Shown in pieces: positions 19,744 to 28,926 of a stretch of 64,000 nucleotides of DNA; within the stretch, counting starts at the first letter, position 1; each line of letters opens with the position of its first letter. The notes beneath the pieces are model-generated. The model worked only from the letters and a program-made list of their open reading frames with translations. It had not been told where the DNA came from and did no database searches. The stretch comes from Cyanophyceae cyanobacterium (GTDB lineage: Bacteria; Cyanobacteriota; Cyanobacteriia; Cyanobacteriales; Laspinemataceae). The translations under genes were made by a program, and so were the position numbers. The stretch spans positions 32,001-96,000 of the forward strand of contig JBBQFN010000019.1 in assembly GCA_038321985.1 (NCBI GenBank), read 5' to 3'.

Positions 19744-19844
19744 AGGATCCCGCCGAACAAAACCGCCTGTTGCTTTAATCCTAGGGCAACAGCACTCCCC
19801 TTTCCTCTTTATGAACTTGCTTAAAACCTAGATACTCTAAATTC

Positions 19845-19897
19845 AGCCCGCGTAGGCGGGCTTTGTTTCTATAGCCCCACCCTTGAGGGTGCGGGGC
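19845..19897. repeat. bipartite REP-like repeat between convergent genes
   Basis: AGCCCGC-GTAG-GCGGGCT hairpin followed by GCCCC-ACCCT-TG-AGGGT-GC-GGGGC hairpin. Confidence 0.65.
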
Positions 19898-19912
19898 CAG
19901 GGCCGTGAGTTC

Positions 19913-20620
19913 TTACTCCGGAGAACCAGGAGGTACAGTCGCTGCCCCTTTCTGCTTCGCCCGGTCTTCGCGTTTTTTGCGATCGGCGGCCAGAATATCT
20001 TGCATAACAATGCGGGCCTGATTCATTTTCTCCAAATTACTCCGGTAGAGGTCGAGGTCTTTAGAGAGTTTATCCGGAGGCAGATTGAGTGCCGTGCAAA
20101 TGCGCTGAATCGCGTCTTGACGAGATTGTTCGTTTTTCACCAGTTCTAAGTCTGCCTGTTCGAGGAGGGTAAACAGACCCACCGCAAATAATCGGCTGTA
20201 CTTAAAGTTGGGTTTAGCGGCGATCGCCCCGAGGAGACCTTGAAAATCGGGTTCCATTTCTGGACCTGCCGAACGAGTCAGTAACGCCATCATCTCCTCT
20301 GCGGAATGGCGATGGGCAATTTCTTCTAACCCTTGGGCATCTTGCCGATATTTGTAGGGATCACCTTCTAACCCCTTACAAATGCCATTAAAAATCGATG
20401 TTTTATCCTCTTCGGGTCGATATTCTTGCATAAATCGGTCAAAGGTGGTTACGACTCCGAGGGCATAAATGGGGTCATAATTAAAATCCACATTCACCGA
20501 CAGCAAGTGCATTTCCACCATCAATTCTTCCACTACCCGTCGATAGATCGAGTTGATAGGACGGGTGTGAATCGTATAGAAGGCTCGCTTGGTATCTGAT
20601 ACGGTGCGGACGTTATTCAC
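19913..20620 (-). CDS. psb29: photosystem II biogenesis protein Psb29/Thf1
   Basis: VNNVRTVSDTKRAF...RPINSIYRRVVEELMVEMHLL...FKYSRLFAVG...KDLDLYRSNL. GTG start at 20620. Confidence 0.92.
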   Translation of the reverse strand: MNNVRTVSDTKRAFYTIHTRPINSIYRRVVEELMVEMHLLSVNVDFNYDPIYALGVVTTFDRFMQEYRPEEDKTSIFNGICKGLEGDPYKYRQDAQGLEEIAHRHSAEEMMALLTRSAGPEMEPDFQGLLGAIAAKPNFKYSRLFAVGLFTLLEQADLELVKNEQSRQDAIQRICTALNLPPDKLSKDLDLYRSNLEKMNQARIVMQDILAADRKKREDRAKQKGAATVPPGSPE

Positions 20621-20791
20621 AGGGTGCGTTTTTAAGGAGAACTTATTTTCATTTTCTCTCTTAAACGTACTTTTGCCAAGCGGCATCCGGGGGATCGCCC
20701 TTCCTACCTGGCCTGGAATGCTTTAAAATGCGAAATCAGCCCGAAATCTCCGGTTTGATTTTTAAGCGGCCCGTTGCAATTTTTTTAAAAA

Positions 20792-21442
20792 ATGACCCTG
20801 ACATCGGAGTTAATCGCCCTGGGAAAATACTTAGCAGGGGAATTTGACAATCGGGAACAGGCGATCGCCGATCCGGCATGGTATGTCCACTTGCGCCTGT
20901 GGCAGCGTCCGGTTCCGGTCCGTTTATTTTCCGAACCCAGCTTAACCCTGTTTGCCGAACAAGCTAACATTCTGAATCTCGATCGCCCCTATCGGCCTCG
21001 AATCATGCAGCTTCGAGAACTTCCCGACCGTGAAAGTCAACCCCAGCTAGAAGTGCAGTATTTCATGTTCAAAGACCCTACCCAATTTCTGGGTTCCGGT
21101 CGCCAACCTAGTCTACTCAAACAGCTAAATCCGGCACAAGTGGAACCCTTGCCCGGATGTACCCTCACCGTCAGCCAGAAGCGTCTAGCTGACGGTACCT
21201 ATCACTTTGTCGCATCTTTGCCCTCGGGAGCAAAATGCTGCTTTACCTATCAAGGAGAAACTCGCCAAGTCAATCTCGGTTTCGAGGCATCCCCGACCGA
21301 ACTGTTCAGCTTTGACAAAGGCATTGATCCCAATACGGGCAAAGCCCTGTGGGGGGCCGTGTTAGGGCCATTCCACTTCATCAAGCGTCAGGATTTTTCG
21401 GGGGAACTGGTTGGACTCTCCGATTCCAGGGGGGAGAGTTAA
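20792..21442 (+). CDS. cpcT: CpcT/CpeT family phycobiliprotein chromophore lyase
   Basis: LAGEFDNREQA..P.W...LW.RP; EQA...PYRPR; LPGC; DKG.DP.TGK..WG...GPF motifs. The exact paralog is uncertain. Confidence 0.8.
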   Translation: MTLTSELIALGKYLAGEFDNREQAIADPAWYVHLRLWQRPVPVRLFSEPSLTLFAEQANILNLDRPYRPRIMQLRELPDRESQPQLEVQYFMFKDPTQFLGSGRQPSLLKQLNPAQVEPLPGCTLTVSQKRLADGTYHFVASLPSGAKCCFTYQGETRQVNLGFEASPTELFSFDKGIDPNTGKALWGAVLGPFHFIKRQDFSGELVGLSDSRGES

Positions 21443-21508
21443 AAAATACCAAGGATGCCAAACCTGGTTAGAAATTGCCAGACTGGTTTATCCAATCCCC
21501 TTTAGACG

Positions 21509-21877
21509 TTAAGTAGCAATGCTACGGGGTCCGGCTTCCAGTGCTTCTTCTTCCGTTTCGTAGATCTCAAAAACCGAATCCATCATTGTGACTTCAAAAA
21601 CCAATTTGGCTTCTGGATGCACGTTACAAATACGGAAACTGCCTTTAACCTTGTCCGCGTCTCGCATCCCTGCTACTAGCGACGTCAGACCAGAACTGTC
21701 AATAAAGTTAACTTGTCCTAAATTAACGACAATATGACGACTCAGTTTTGAAATGCACTCCTGTAATTTGAGGCGAAATTGCCAAGCGGTTGTAATGTCT
21801 AGACGACCCGTTGGGGCCAAGACAATCACCGTTGTTCCATCCTGGGTCGTATGGGTTTTTTGCTCGATATGAATCAC
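21509..21877 (-). CDS. STAS domain anti-sigma factor antagonist
   Basis: GRLDITTA...VNFIDSSGLTSLV...FEVTMMDSVF. Confidence 0.88.
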   Translation of the reverse strand: MIHIEQKTHTTQDGTTVIVLAPTGRLDITTAWQFRLKLQECISKLSRHIVVNLGQVNFIDSSGLTSLVAGMRDADKVKGSFRICNVHPEAKLVFEVTMMDSVFEIYETEEEALEAGPRSIAT

Positions 21878-22141
21878 AGGCCCTCCCTCAATACGCTAGT
21901 TGCCTACCTCGCTTTCGTAGTTTAGCAAAATCGGAGCCATTGCCCCGATTGAGCTGGACCGAATTAGCCACGCTTGCTGCTAAAAAAATATCACGATCGC
22001 GTCATCCACTCACGAAGGCAATGCTCAACATCTCCCCTCGATAGTCCCTGTTTGCCCTCACCCCGAGTGAATTTGCCTGATTTTTCGGGGCAGTCTCGGG
22101 CAATTGGGCGATCGCTGGTTTGACTGCTGCCTAAACCAGCG

Positions 22142-22166
22142 GTAGGGTGCGTCAGACGCACCCACG
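22142..22166. repeat. GTAG-type REP palindrome
   Basis: GTAGGGTGCGTC-A-GACGCACCC. Confidence 0.6.
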
Positions 22167-22189
22167 AGACTACTACCTAGAGGGACACT

Positions 22190-23227
22190 TTAACTAGGGT
22201 TTGCAGGCCACTCCGCCCAATTTTGCGGTTTTAAAAAGGTGTCGTAGAGTTCTGCTTCGGGGGTATTCGGTTCCGGTTGATAGCCATATTCCCAGCGTAC
22301 CAAAGGCGGCAGAGACATTAAAATCGATTCCGTGCGCCCATTAGTCTGGAGCCCGAAAATTGTGCCGCGATCGTAAACCAAGTTAAATTCTACATACCGT
22401 CCGCGCCGATACAGTTGAAAATTCCGTTCGCGATCGCCATATTCCAGACCCGAACGACGCTCAACAATTGGCCCATAAGCCGGTAAAAACGAGCGTCCGC
22501 AGTCTTGGACAAACGCAAACAAGGCTTCCCAATTGCGCTGGGGAGGCGTGCCAATTTTCCGGCTGTATTCTGCTGCCGGTCCTGTAGGGTCGGGCCCGCG
22601 ATAGAGTTCGCTTTGACCATCTTGGTAGTCAAAAAACAGGCCACCTACCCCTCGGGTTTCATCGCGATGCTTCAGGTAAAAATATTCGTCACACCAGAGT
22701 TTAAAAACCTGGTAATACTCATCATGGTGGCGATCGCAAGCCCCTTTGAAGGTGCGGTGAAAGTGGGCCGCATCTTCGGCAAACGGATAATAAGGCGTCA
22801 AATCTGCACCGCCTCCAAACCACCAAACCGGCCCGGCTTCAAAGTAGCGATAGTTTAAATGAACTGTGGGAATGTAAGGATTGTGCGGGTGCAACACCAT
22901 TGAAGTCCCCGTAGCATAGAAGCGGTGACCCTCTGCCTCCGGACGTTGCTTTAAAATCGAAGGCGGTAGATGATCTCCCCACACTTCAGAAAAATTCACG
23001 CCCCCTTGTTCCAAGACATTGCCCTCACGCATCACCCGAGAACGGCCCCCGCCACCTTCCGGGCGTTCCCAAGAATCTTCTTTAAACGTGCCAAGGCCAT
23101 CGAGTTCGGCCAGCCCTTGACAAATTTCATCTTGTAGCGACTGCATAAACTGACTGACTCGTTCTTTCGAGTCATCCGGTGGCAAATTCTGGGTAGAGGT
23201 GGCCTCAAAAGTCGAAGAAACTGTCAT
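22190..23227 (-). CDS. hemF: oxygen-dependent coproporphyrinogen III oxidase
   Basis: [62 protein letters not shown]. Confidence 0.96.
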   Translation of the reverse strand: MTVSSTFEATSTQNLPPDDSKERVSQFMQSLQDEICQGLAELDGLGTFKEDSWERPEGGGGRSRVMREGNVLEQGGVNFSEVWGDHLPPSILKQRPEAEGHRFYATGTSMVLHPHNPYIPTVHLNYRYFEAGPVWWFGGGADLTPYYPFAEDAAHFHRTFKGACDRHHDEYYQVFKLWCDEYFYLKHRDETRGVGGLFFDYQDGQSELYRGPDPTGPAAEYSRKIGTPPQRNWEALFAFVQDCGRSFLPAYGPIVERRSGLEYGDRERNFQLYRRGRYVEFNLVYDRGTIFGLQTNGRTESILMSLPPLVRWEYGYQPEPNTPEAELYDTFLKPQNWAEWPANPS

Positions 23228-23640
23228 AATGTCAAGTTATTTTCTGGTGCGGGATACAGATCTGCCTGTCAAGAGCGATCGAAATCAAGAGCGGTGGATA
23301 AAGCGATCGCACTCTTGGTGAAATCTTTAGCCCTGATTCTCGATAAAGCGGACCGACTTGCAAAAATCCTATCTTAATCTCGGCAATTATCCACTGCCTT
23401 TAAAAATTCTACATATTACTACAAAAAAAGATACATTAAGAAAATATCCAGAACTCAGCAGGTAACTCGTTCTAGGGGAGAAGCAAAGCCAGGCGATCGG
23501 GCAATAGAGGCAAGATCCACAATTGCGCCTTCCCAACCGGGAAAAAATACCCACTCAACCGGTCAAAATTCAACCCCGACCTTCCACCCCATAACGAGTG
23601 CCTGCCTGATCCGTCCGAGAGAGAAGAAACAGGTAAACCG

Positions 23641-24711
23641 ATGACTCAACCCCTAACTTCCCAAGCCATCTTAGAAGTCTTGCAACCCGTGCAAGACCCC
23701 GAACTACAAAAGAGCTTGGTAGACCTCAATATGATTCGCAACGTCAAAATTGACGAGGGCAACGTCAGCTTTACCTTAGTTCTGACCACACCCGCCTGTC
23801 CCTTGCGAGAATTCATTGTTGAAGACTGCCAAAAAGCTGTTCGCACCTTAGCCGGAGTCCAAGAAGTCAACATCGAAGTCACCGCTGAAACCCCACAACA
23901 GAAATCCCTCCCCGATCGCCAAGGCATCGCTGGAGTCAAAAATATCCTCGCCATTTCCAGTGGCAAAGGCGGCGTTGGCAAAAGCACCATCGCCGTTAAC
24001 GTTGCTGTCTCCCTGGCTCAAGCCGGCGCAAAAGTTGGCCTCCTCGACGCCGATATTTACGGTCCTAACGACCCCGCCATGCTTGGACTCGCCGATGCTC
24101 AAATCACCGTCCGCCAAGGTCCCCAAGGCGACGTCCTCGAACCGGCCTTTAACTACGGCGTTAAATTAGTCTCCATGGCCTTTTTAATCGACAAAGACCA
24201 ACCCGTAGTCTGGCGCGGTCCCATGTTAAACGGCGTAATTCGGCAGTTTCTCTATCAAGTCGATTGGGGCGAATTAGACTATCTCATCGTAGATATGCCC
24301 CCCGGAACCGGCGATGCCCAACTCACAATGGCCCAATCTGTCCCAATGGCGGGAGTTGTCATTGTCACCACTCCCCAAACCGTTGCCTTGTTGGATTCGC
24401 GCAAAGGTTTAAAAATGTTCCAACAATTAAACGTGCCGGTCCTGGGAATCGTCGAAAATATGAGTTATTTCATCCCTCCGGATATGCCCGACAAAAAATA
24501 CGATATCTTTGGTTCGGGAGGGGGACAAAAAACCGCAGACGAACTCGGTGTTCCCTTATTAGGTTGTGTCCCCTTAGAAATTCCCCTACGTGAGGGTGGT
24601 GATAGTGGAGTCCCCATCACCATTTCTGCCCCGGATTCCCCTTCCGCTAAAGCCCTACGAGAAATTGCTAACCGAATTGCCGGTAAAGTGTCTGTCGTCG
24701 CCCTAGCCTAA
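23641..24711 (+). CDS. mrp: Mrp/ApbC (NBP35) Fe-S carrier ATPase
   Basis: N-terminal DUF59 (DPEL...LTTPACP); SGKGGVGKS; DADIYGP; WRGPM; DMPPGTGD. Confidence 0.93.
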   Translation: MTQPLTSQAILEVLQPVQDPELQKSLVDLNMIRNVKIDEGNVSFTLVLTTPACPLREFIVEDCQKAVRTLAGVQEVNIEVTAETPQQKSLPDRQGIAGVKNILAISSGKGGVGKSTIAVNVAVSLAQAGAKVGLLDADIYGPNDPAMLGLADAQITVRQGPQGDVLEPAFNYGVKLVSMAFLIDKDQPVVWRGPMLNGVIRQFLYQVDWGELDYLIVDMPPGTGDAQLTMAQSVPMAGVVIVTTPQTVALLDSRKGLKMFQQLNVPVLGIVENMSYFIPPDMPDKKYDIFGSGGGQKTADELGVPLLGCVPLEIPLREGGDSGVPITISAPDSPSAKALREIANRIAGKVSVVALA

Positions 24712-24771
24712 CTGTAGATAGAACAAACCCCATCTTCCGCGCCTCCTTTATCTCCCCCATCTCAATCAACT

Positions 24772-26031
24772 ATGTATCAAAAGTCCGTAAGCCGAATTCG
24801 TTGGAAAGTTTGGTTACAACCCTGGCTAGATTCTGACTGGCTGCTGTTTGCGTTGCCAGTGGCATTAACTCTATTTGGCGGGATTATGATCCGCAGTACC
24901 GAACTCAACCTAGGGTGGACCGACTGGTGGCAACACTGGCTAGTGGGAGGGATTGGATTACTAATCGCCATCACTATCTCGCGATGGCCGTACGATACCC
25001 TGATTCAATTAAAGTGGGTGGTTTATGGTGTCACCAATATCTCCCTACTGGCGGTTATGTTTATCGGGACCACTGCCCTAGGTGCACAGCGTTGGATTAC
25101 CATTGGTGGATTTAACATTCAACCGTCAGAATTTGCAAAAATAGGGGTGATTATTACCCTAGCGGCACTCCTGCACGAACGCGCCCCCGACAGCCTAAAC
25201 TCCATATTCAAAACCCTGGCGATTACTGCCGTACCCTGGGGGTTGGTCTTCTTACAACCTGACCTAGGAACTTCCCTAGTCTTTGGGGCGATTACCCTGG
25301 GAATGCTGTATTGGGGTAACACCAATCCGGGTTGGCTGATGCTGATGGTCTCTCCCCTCGTTGCCACAATTCTGTTTGGGGTTTATCTACCGGGGTGGTT
25401 TGCTTGGACTGGCTTAATGGCATTAATTGGGTGGCGCACCTTGCCCTGGCCTTTTTTGGGCGCACTGGGTACCGTGGTCATGAATTTGATCTTCGGTCGA
25501 ATTGGTAGTCTCTTATGGAACCTGCTCAAAGACTATCAGAAAGAGCGAGTAACGACCTTTCTCCACCCTGAACAGGACCCCCTCGGGGCCGGATATCACC
25601 TGATCCAATCTCGCATCGCCATTGGATCCGGTGGACTGCAAGGGCGGGGACTTTATAATGGAACCCAAACCCAGCTTAATTTTATCCCCGAACAACATAC
25701 TGACTTCATCTTTTCTGCCATTGGGGAAGAATTTGGTTTTATTGGATCTATGGTGATCCTGGGAGCCTTCTGGTTTATTTGCCTGCGCCTTGTCTTGATT
25801 GCTCAATCCTCTAAAGACACCTTTGGCGCGTTGTTAGCCGTTGGTGTTTTATCCATGATCGTGTTTCAGGTGGTCGTTAATATTGGCATGACCATCGGAC
25901 TAGCACCCGTGACAGGGATTCCCTTACCTTGGTTGAGTTACGGTCGGTCTGCCTTACTGACCAATTTTATCGCCCTTGGGCTCGTCGAATCTGTTGCCTA
26001 TCACCGGGAGAAAGTGAAAAAGAAGTTTTAG
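24772..26031 (+). CDS. rodA: rod shape-determining SEDS peptidoglycan polymerase RodA
   Basis: GAQRWI..QPSEFAK; LQPDLGT; GYHLIQSRIAIGSGG; PEQHTDFIFS; GIPLPWLSYGRS. Confidence 0.93.
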   Translation: MYQKSVSRIRWKVWLQPWLDSDWLLFALPVALTLFGGIMIRSTELNLGWTDWWQHWLVGGIGLLIAITISRWPYDTLIQLKWVVYGVTNISLLAVMFIGTTALGAQRWITIGGFNIQPSEFAKIGVIITLAALLHERAPDSLNSIFKTLAITAVPWGLVFLQPDLGTSLVFGAITLGMLYWGNTNPGWLMLMVSPLVATILFGVYLPGWFAWTGLMALIGWRTLPWPFLGALGTVVMNLIFGRIGSLLWNLLKDYQKERVTTFLHPEQDPLGAGYHLIQSRIAIGSGGLQGRGLYNGTQTQLNFIPEQHTDFIFSAIGEEFGFIGSMVILGAFWFICLRLVLIAQSSKDTFGALLAVGVLSMIVFQVVVNIGMTIGLAPVTGIPLPWLSYGRSALLTNFIALGLVESVAYHREKVKKKF

Positions 26032-26153
26032 CAACAGGCTATTTTGGCGAACCCTTGACGAATGACTCCAAAAAGATTGACGATGACTCATGATCACTCG
26101 GATTTTCTGAGTAGTCAGATAAACCCCTTAACTCTAAGCATCTGTAAAGAATT

Positions 26154-26351
26154 ATGATTTTGCCTGGATCGGCTGTTCGTGTTAAAAACCCCGATGATAC
26201 TTACTACGACTTTCAAGGACAAGTTCAACGCCTAACCGATGGCAGAGCCGCTGTCCTTTTTGAGGGAGGAACTTGGGATAAATTAGTTACCTTTCGACTC
26301 TCGGAACTTGAACCCGTAGATGCCACTGCGGGTCGCAAGAAAAGCAAATAG
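26154..26351 (+). CDS. ndhS: NDH-1 subunit NdhS
   Basis: [43 protein letters not shown]. Confidence 0.92.
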   Translation: MILPGSAVRVKNPDDTYYDFQGQVQRLTDGRAAVLFEGGTWDKLVTFRLSELEPVDATAGRKKSK

Positions 26352-26367
26352 TTCGCTGTTGATAACC

Positions 26368-26410
26368 ATTCAGGGTTGATGAGATTTGACTCTTCAACCC
26401 TGAATTTTTT
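26368..26410 (+). terminator. intrinsic terminator-like hairpin after ndhS
   Basis: ATTCAGGGTTGA..GAG / CTC..TCAACCCTGAAT stem followed by TTTTT. Confidence 0.65.
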
Positions 26411-26438
26411 AACTTGAAGATATATTTAAGAGTTGATT

Positions 26439-27107
26439 ATGCGTCTACCTTTACCGCAATTTGCTAACGAACACCGTCACCCGGACCATATTGCTGAGGT
26501 GATTGAAACGGCAACAACGGAGTTTTTAGCCCAATGTTTAGACCCAGAAGAGTTAAATTTTCCCCTAATGCCGCCGTTTGGTAGTTGGGTGAAATCTTTG
26601 GATGAGGAGTCTGGAAATCAGATTTATGGAGTGGTTTATTTTGCCACAACAACTCCCATCGATACAGTCCACCGGGCTAGAGCGCTGGGTTTATCTTTAG
26701 ATGGATTACGGGAACAGCAACCCCAGATTTTTGCCATGCTCAAAACTGAGTTTCGCGCGGCGATCGCCGGCTTTTGTCCCCATCTTGACAGCAAAAATGG
26801 GTCTCGCCGTCCCACAGGAATTATTTATCAATACATTCCCCCCCGTCCCCCTCAAATTCACCAAGCGGTGTATCGCTGTCAACCCGCAGAAATTGTTCAC
26901 TTTACTCAACAGTTTGATTTCCTGCGTACCCTCTTACAAGTTCCCGGTGCACCTGTAGACGCCCTAACTGCAGCAGCCATTCGCGAGGTGTATCAGTTAC
27001 GAGGTGCCGATCGCGATTGGTTAGTCCAAGCCGGACGCACCCTCAGCGTGTTACTCAAGGATGATTACGATCGCCTCCGTTTAATTTTAAGTCAAATTCA
27101 TCCCTAG
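26439..27107 (+). CDS. HAS-barrel domain protein (conserved cyanobacterial)
   Basis: MRLPLPQF...AEVIETATTEFLAQC...PPFGSWVK...QPQIFAML.TEF...PPRPPQIHQAV. Confidence 0.75.
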   Translation: MRLPLPQFANEHRHPDHIAEVIETATTEFLAQCLDPEELNFPLMPPFGSWVKSLDEESGNQIYGVVYFATTTPIDTVHRARALGLSLDGLREQQPQIFAMLKTEFRAAIAGFCPHLDSKNGSRRPTGIIYQYIPPRPPQIHQAVYRCQPAEIVHFTQQFDFLRTLLQVPGAPVDALTAAAIREVYQLRGADRDWLVQAGRTLSVLLKDDYDRLRLILSQIHP

Positions 27108-27296
27108 ATAAATTTTAAGCAGGGATGAGATAATCTATTATTGATAATTAAACCGACGAAATGGGGGCTAAAACAAGTAAAAATCCTTGATTTATGGAGT
27201 GTTCATCTCCTTTTTCTACTAAGATTGAGAGAGAGGTTTTATAGAATCTCTAATACTTGAATGCCACAGCCGATATTTTATGTCAGCTTTTATGTC

Positions 27297-27510
27297 AGTT
27301 ACATCTTATACCAAACTCTACGAAATCTGGGTATCAAAAGTCGTTTTTATAGAGTAGCGGGCGTCAGCAGGCTACCCTTCGGGAAGCCGAGCAAAGCGTC
27401 TACGTCCGTATAGTCCCACCCTTTCATAACGGAACCTCCGCCTGATGCTGGTTTTGACAAACCTTTGAATGCCGGATTCCGGATTAGATGGACTTACCCC
27501 GGGGGTAAAC
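27297..27510 (+). ncRNA. ssaA: probable 6S RNA, with an apparent ~33-nt insertion
   Basis: Long rod-like fold on the + strand, where G-U pairs work: AGTTACATCT/AGATGGACT; ATCTGG.GTATCAAAAG/CTTTGAATGCCGGAT; central bubble; GGCGTCAG/CTGATGCT; TCCGT/ACGGA. The CCTTTGAA motif on the 3' side resembles the 6S consensus. Ends are approximate. Confidence 0.75.
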
Positions 27511-27656
27511 CTACCGTAACGGCTATCGCGGGAGGAAGTTTTGCCTGGGTTGATCTTGTCCTGGGATTTATGCTATACCCGGATATAACAGCCTATCTAA
27601 ATTTTTCCGATTCCTCGATCCCAGCATATTTTCCAATTTGGTAGGTTCCATGTTAA

Positions 27657-28283
27657 ATGATGGCAGTGAACAAAACGTCAAAAGGAAATCAAATCATGAC
27701 TACCTCTGACCAACCAGAGTCCAAAAATCAATCGAGCGTTAATTCGGGAATTTTGGTTTTTTTGAGTTCACTTGCAGGTTTATTTTTGTCTATATTAATA
27801 CTTAGACTTTCAGCACAACCTGAAAAACCTATCGGGTTTTGGGAGGGATGCTTTTTTATTCTTTTTTCAATGCTGCTTTTTGCAGTTCTTGGCTGGGCTA
27901 TTTTCCAAATAGTACAACTAATAAGCAATGCAATGACTTTGTTTACGAGATATTTGATAACAGTATTTGGCTTGGTGTTTAGTCTTATTTTGCCTGCATC
28001 TTTAGCTGCTATAGGCTCAAGTTTTCCTGTTATAGGATCAAGTTTTCTAGGACTATTTGCTCCTCTTCTTGCTGCTCTTACTATAATCGCAAGAATTGTT
28101 AAATATAAATTTACGGAAAAAATGCCAGGGTGGATAGAAAAAGCCTTAGATATTTTCATTCCTGGGGCTATAGCTTCAGGCTTGGCTACTCTCTATGTTT
28201 TTGGGTTTCAGAAGATTTTTCCGGGAATACCATTCATCAATGTATTTAATAAGATAAATCTATGTAATCTGTTTAAGCCTTAA
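27657..28283 (+). CDS. hypothetical multi-pass membrane protein
   Basis: About 5 hydrophobic helices, AT-rich, no HIP1, no recognised motif. Confidence 0.6.
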   Translation: MMAVNKTSKGNQIMTTSDQPESKNQSSVNSGILVFLSSLAGLFLSILILRLSAQPEKPIGFWEGCFFILFSMLLFAVLGWAIFQIVQLISNAMTLFTRYLITVFGLVFSLILPASLAAIGSSFPVIGSSFLGLFAPLLAALTIIARIVKYKFTEKMPGWIEKALDIFIPGAIASGLATLYVFGFQKIFPGIPFINVFNKINLCNLFKP

Positions 28284-28295
28284 GGTTTTTAAAAA

Positions 28296-28470
28296 ATGAA
28301 TAGATTAACCCTAAAAACGGATGCACTCCATCTCAATGATGAACAGGTTTTCCAACTGTATTAAGATAACCAAGACTTTTGTTTAACGTGGGGAAACCCG
28401 AACGGGATTTAAAGCAATGGATTGCGGGCGGTGAAGGGATGAATGATTGGTAATGGGAGCCTATTGCTGA
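28296..28470 (+). pseudogene. decayed Uma2-family (DUF820) endonuclease remnant
   Basis: ATG28296 translates MNRLTLKTDALHLNDEQVFQLY*DNQD, resembling the cyanobacterial Uma2 N-terminus (..LTDEQFYQLCQ.N.D); followed by a GET fragment; internal stop and apparent large deletions. Confidence 0.5.
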
Positions 28471-28536
28471 AAAATCTGTAAGGCTGGAAAGCCTGTCGAA
28501 AAATAAAATTCATCCTTATAGAAGAAGGAAAGGGGA

Positions 28537-28926
28537 ATGACAGATGAACCATTCGTGAGAAACTTTTTCGATTTACGTTCGGAAGCTCGGCAACCCGTTG
28601 TGATTGCAGATGATGAAGGCTTTGTCGTCTATATTAATCCTCCGTTTAGTGAAATTTATCACTGGGGTTCTGAACTGATTGGTCAAACTCTAGCCGATAT
28701 TATTCCCCTGAATTTTCATGATTCCCATAACCTGGGCTTTTCTCGCTTTAGCATGACAGAAATTTCTCATGTAGCGAACCATCCAATTAATGCGATGGTG
28801 ATTGATAAACATGGGGATTCTATTTTATCGGAGCATTACATTACAGCGGAAAAAATTGAGGGTAGATGGTATTTTGCAGCCCAACTTCGCCCTTTGAATT
28901 CGAGTCATTCTAATCCCGAAGAGTGA
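28537..28926 (+). CDS. stand-alone PAS domain protein
   Basis: VVIADDEG.VVYINP.F.....W...LIGQ.L..IIP..FHDSH..GFSRF PAS pattern. Confidence 0.8.
   Translation: MTDEPFVRNFFDLRSEARQPVVIADDEGFVVYINPPFSEIYHWGSELIGQTLADIIPLNFHDSHNLGFSRFSMTEISHVANHPINAMVIDKHGDSILSEHYITAEKIEGRWYFAAQLRPLNSSHSNPEE

Noticed and set aside
20621..20686. N-terminal extension of psb29 from ATG 20686
   Set aside because: The conserved protein begins at VNNVRTVSDTK (GTG 20620).
27297..27510. Minus-strand orientation, or tRNA/riboswitch identity, for the structured RNA
   Set aside because: G-U pairs become A-C mismatches on the minus strand in the main stems; no cloverleaf or riboswitch consensus was recognised.
27728..28159. 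143-aa antisense ORF
   Set aside because: Lys/Ile-rich mirror of a hydrophobic membrane gene.
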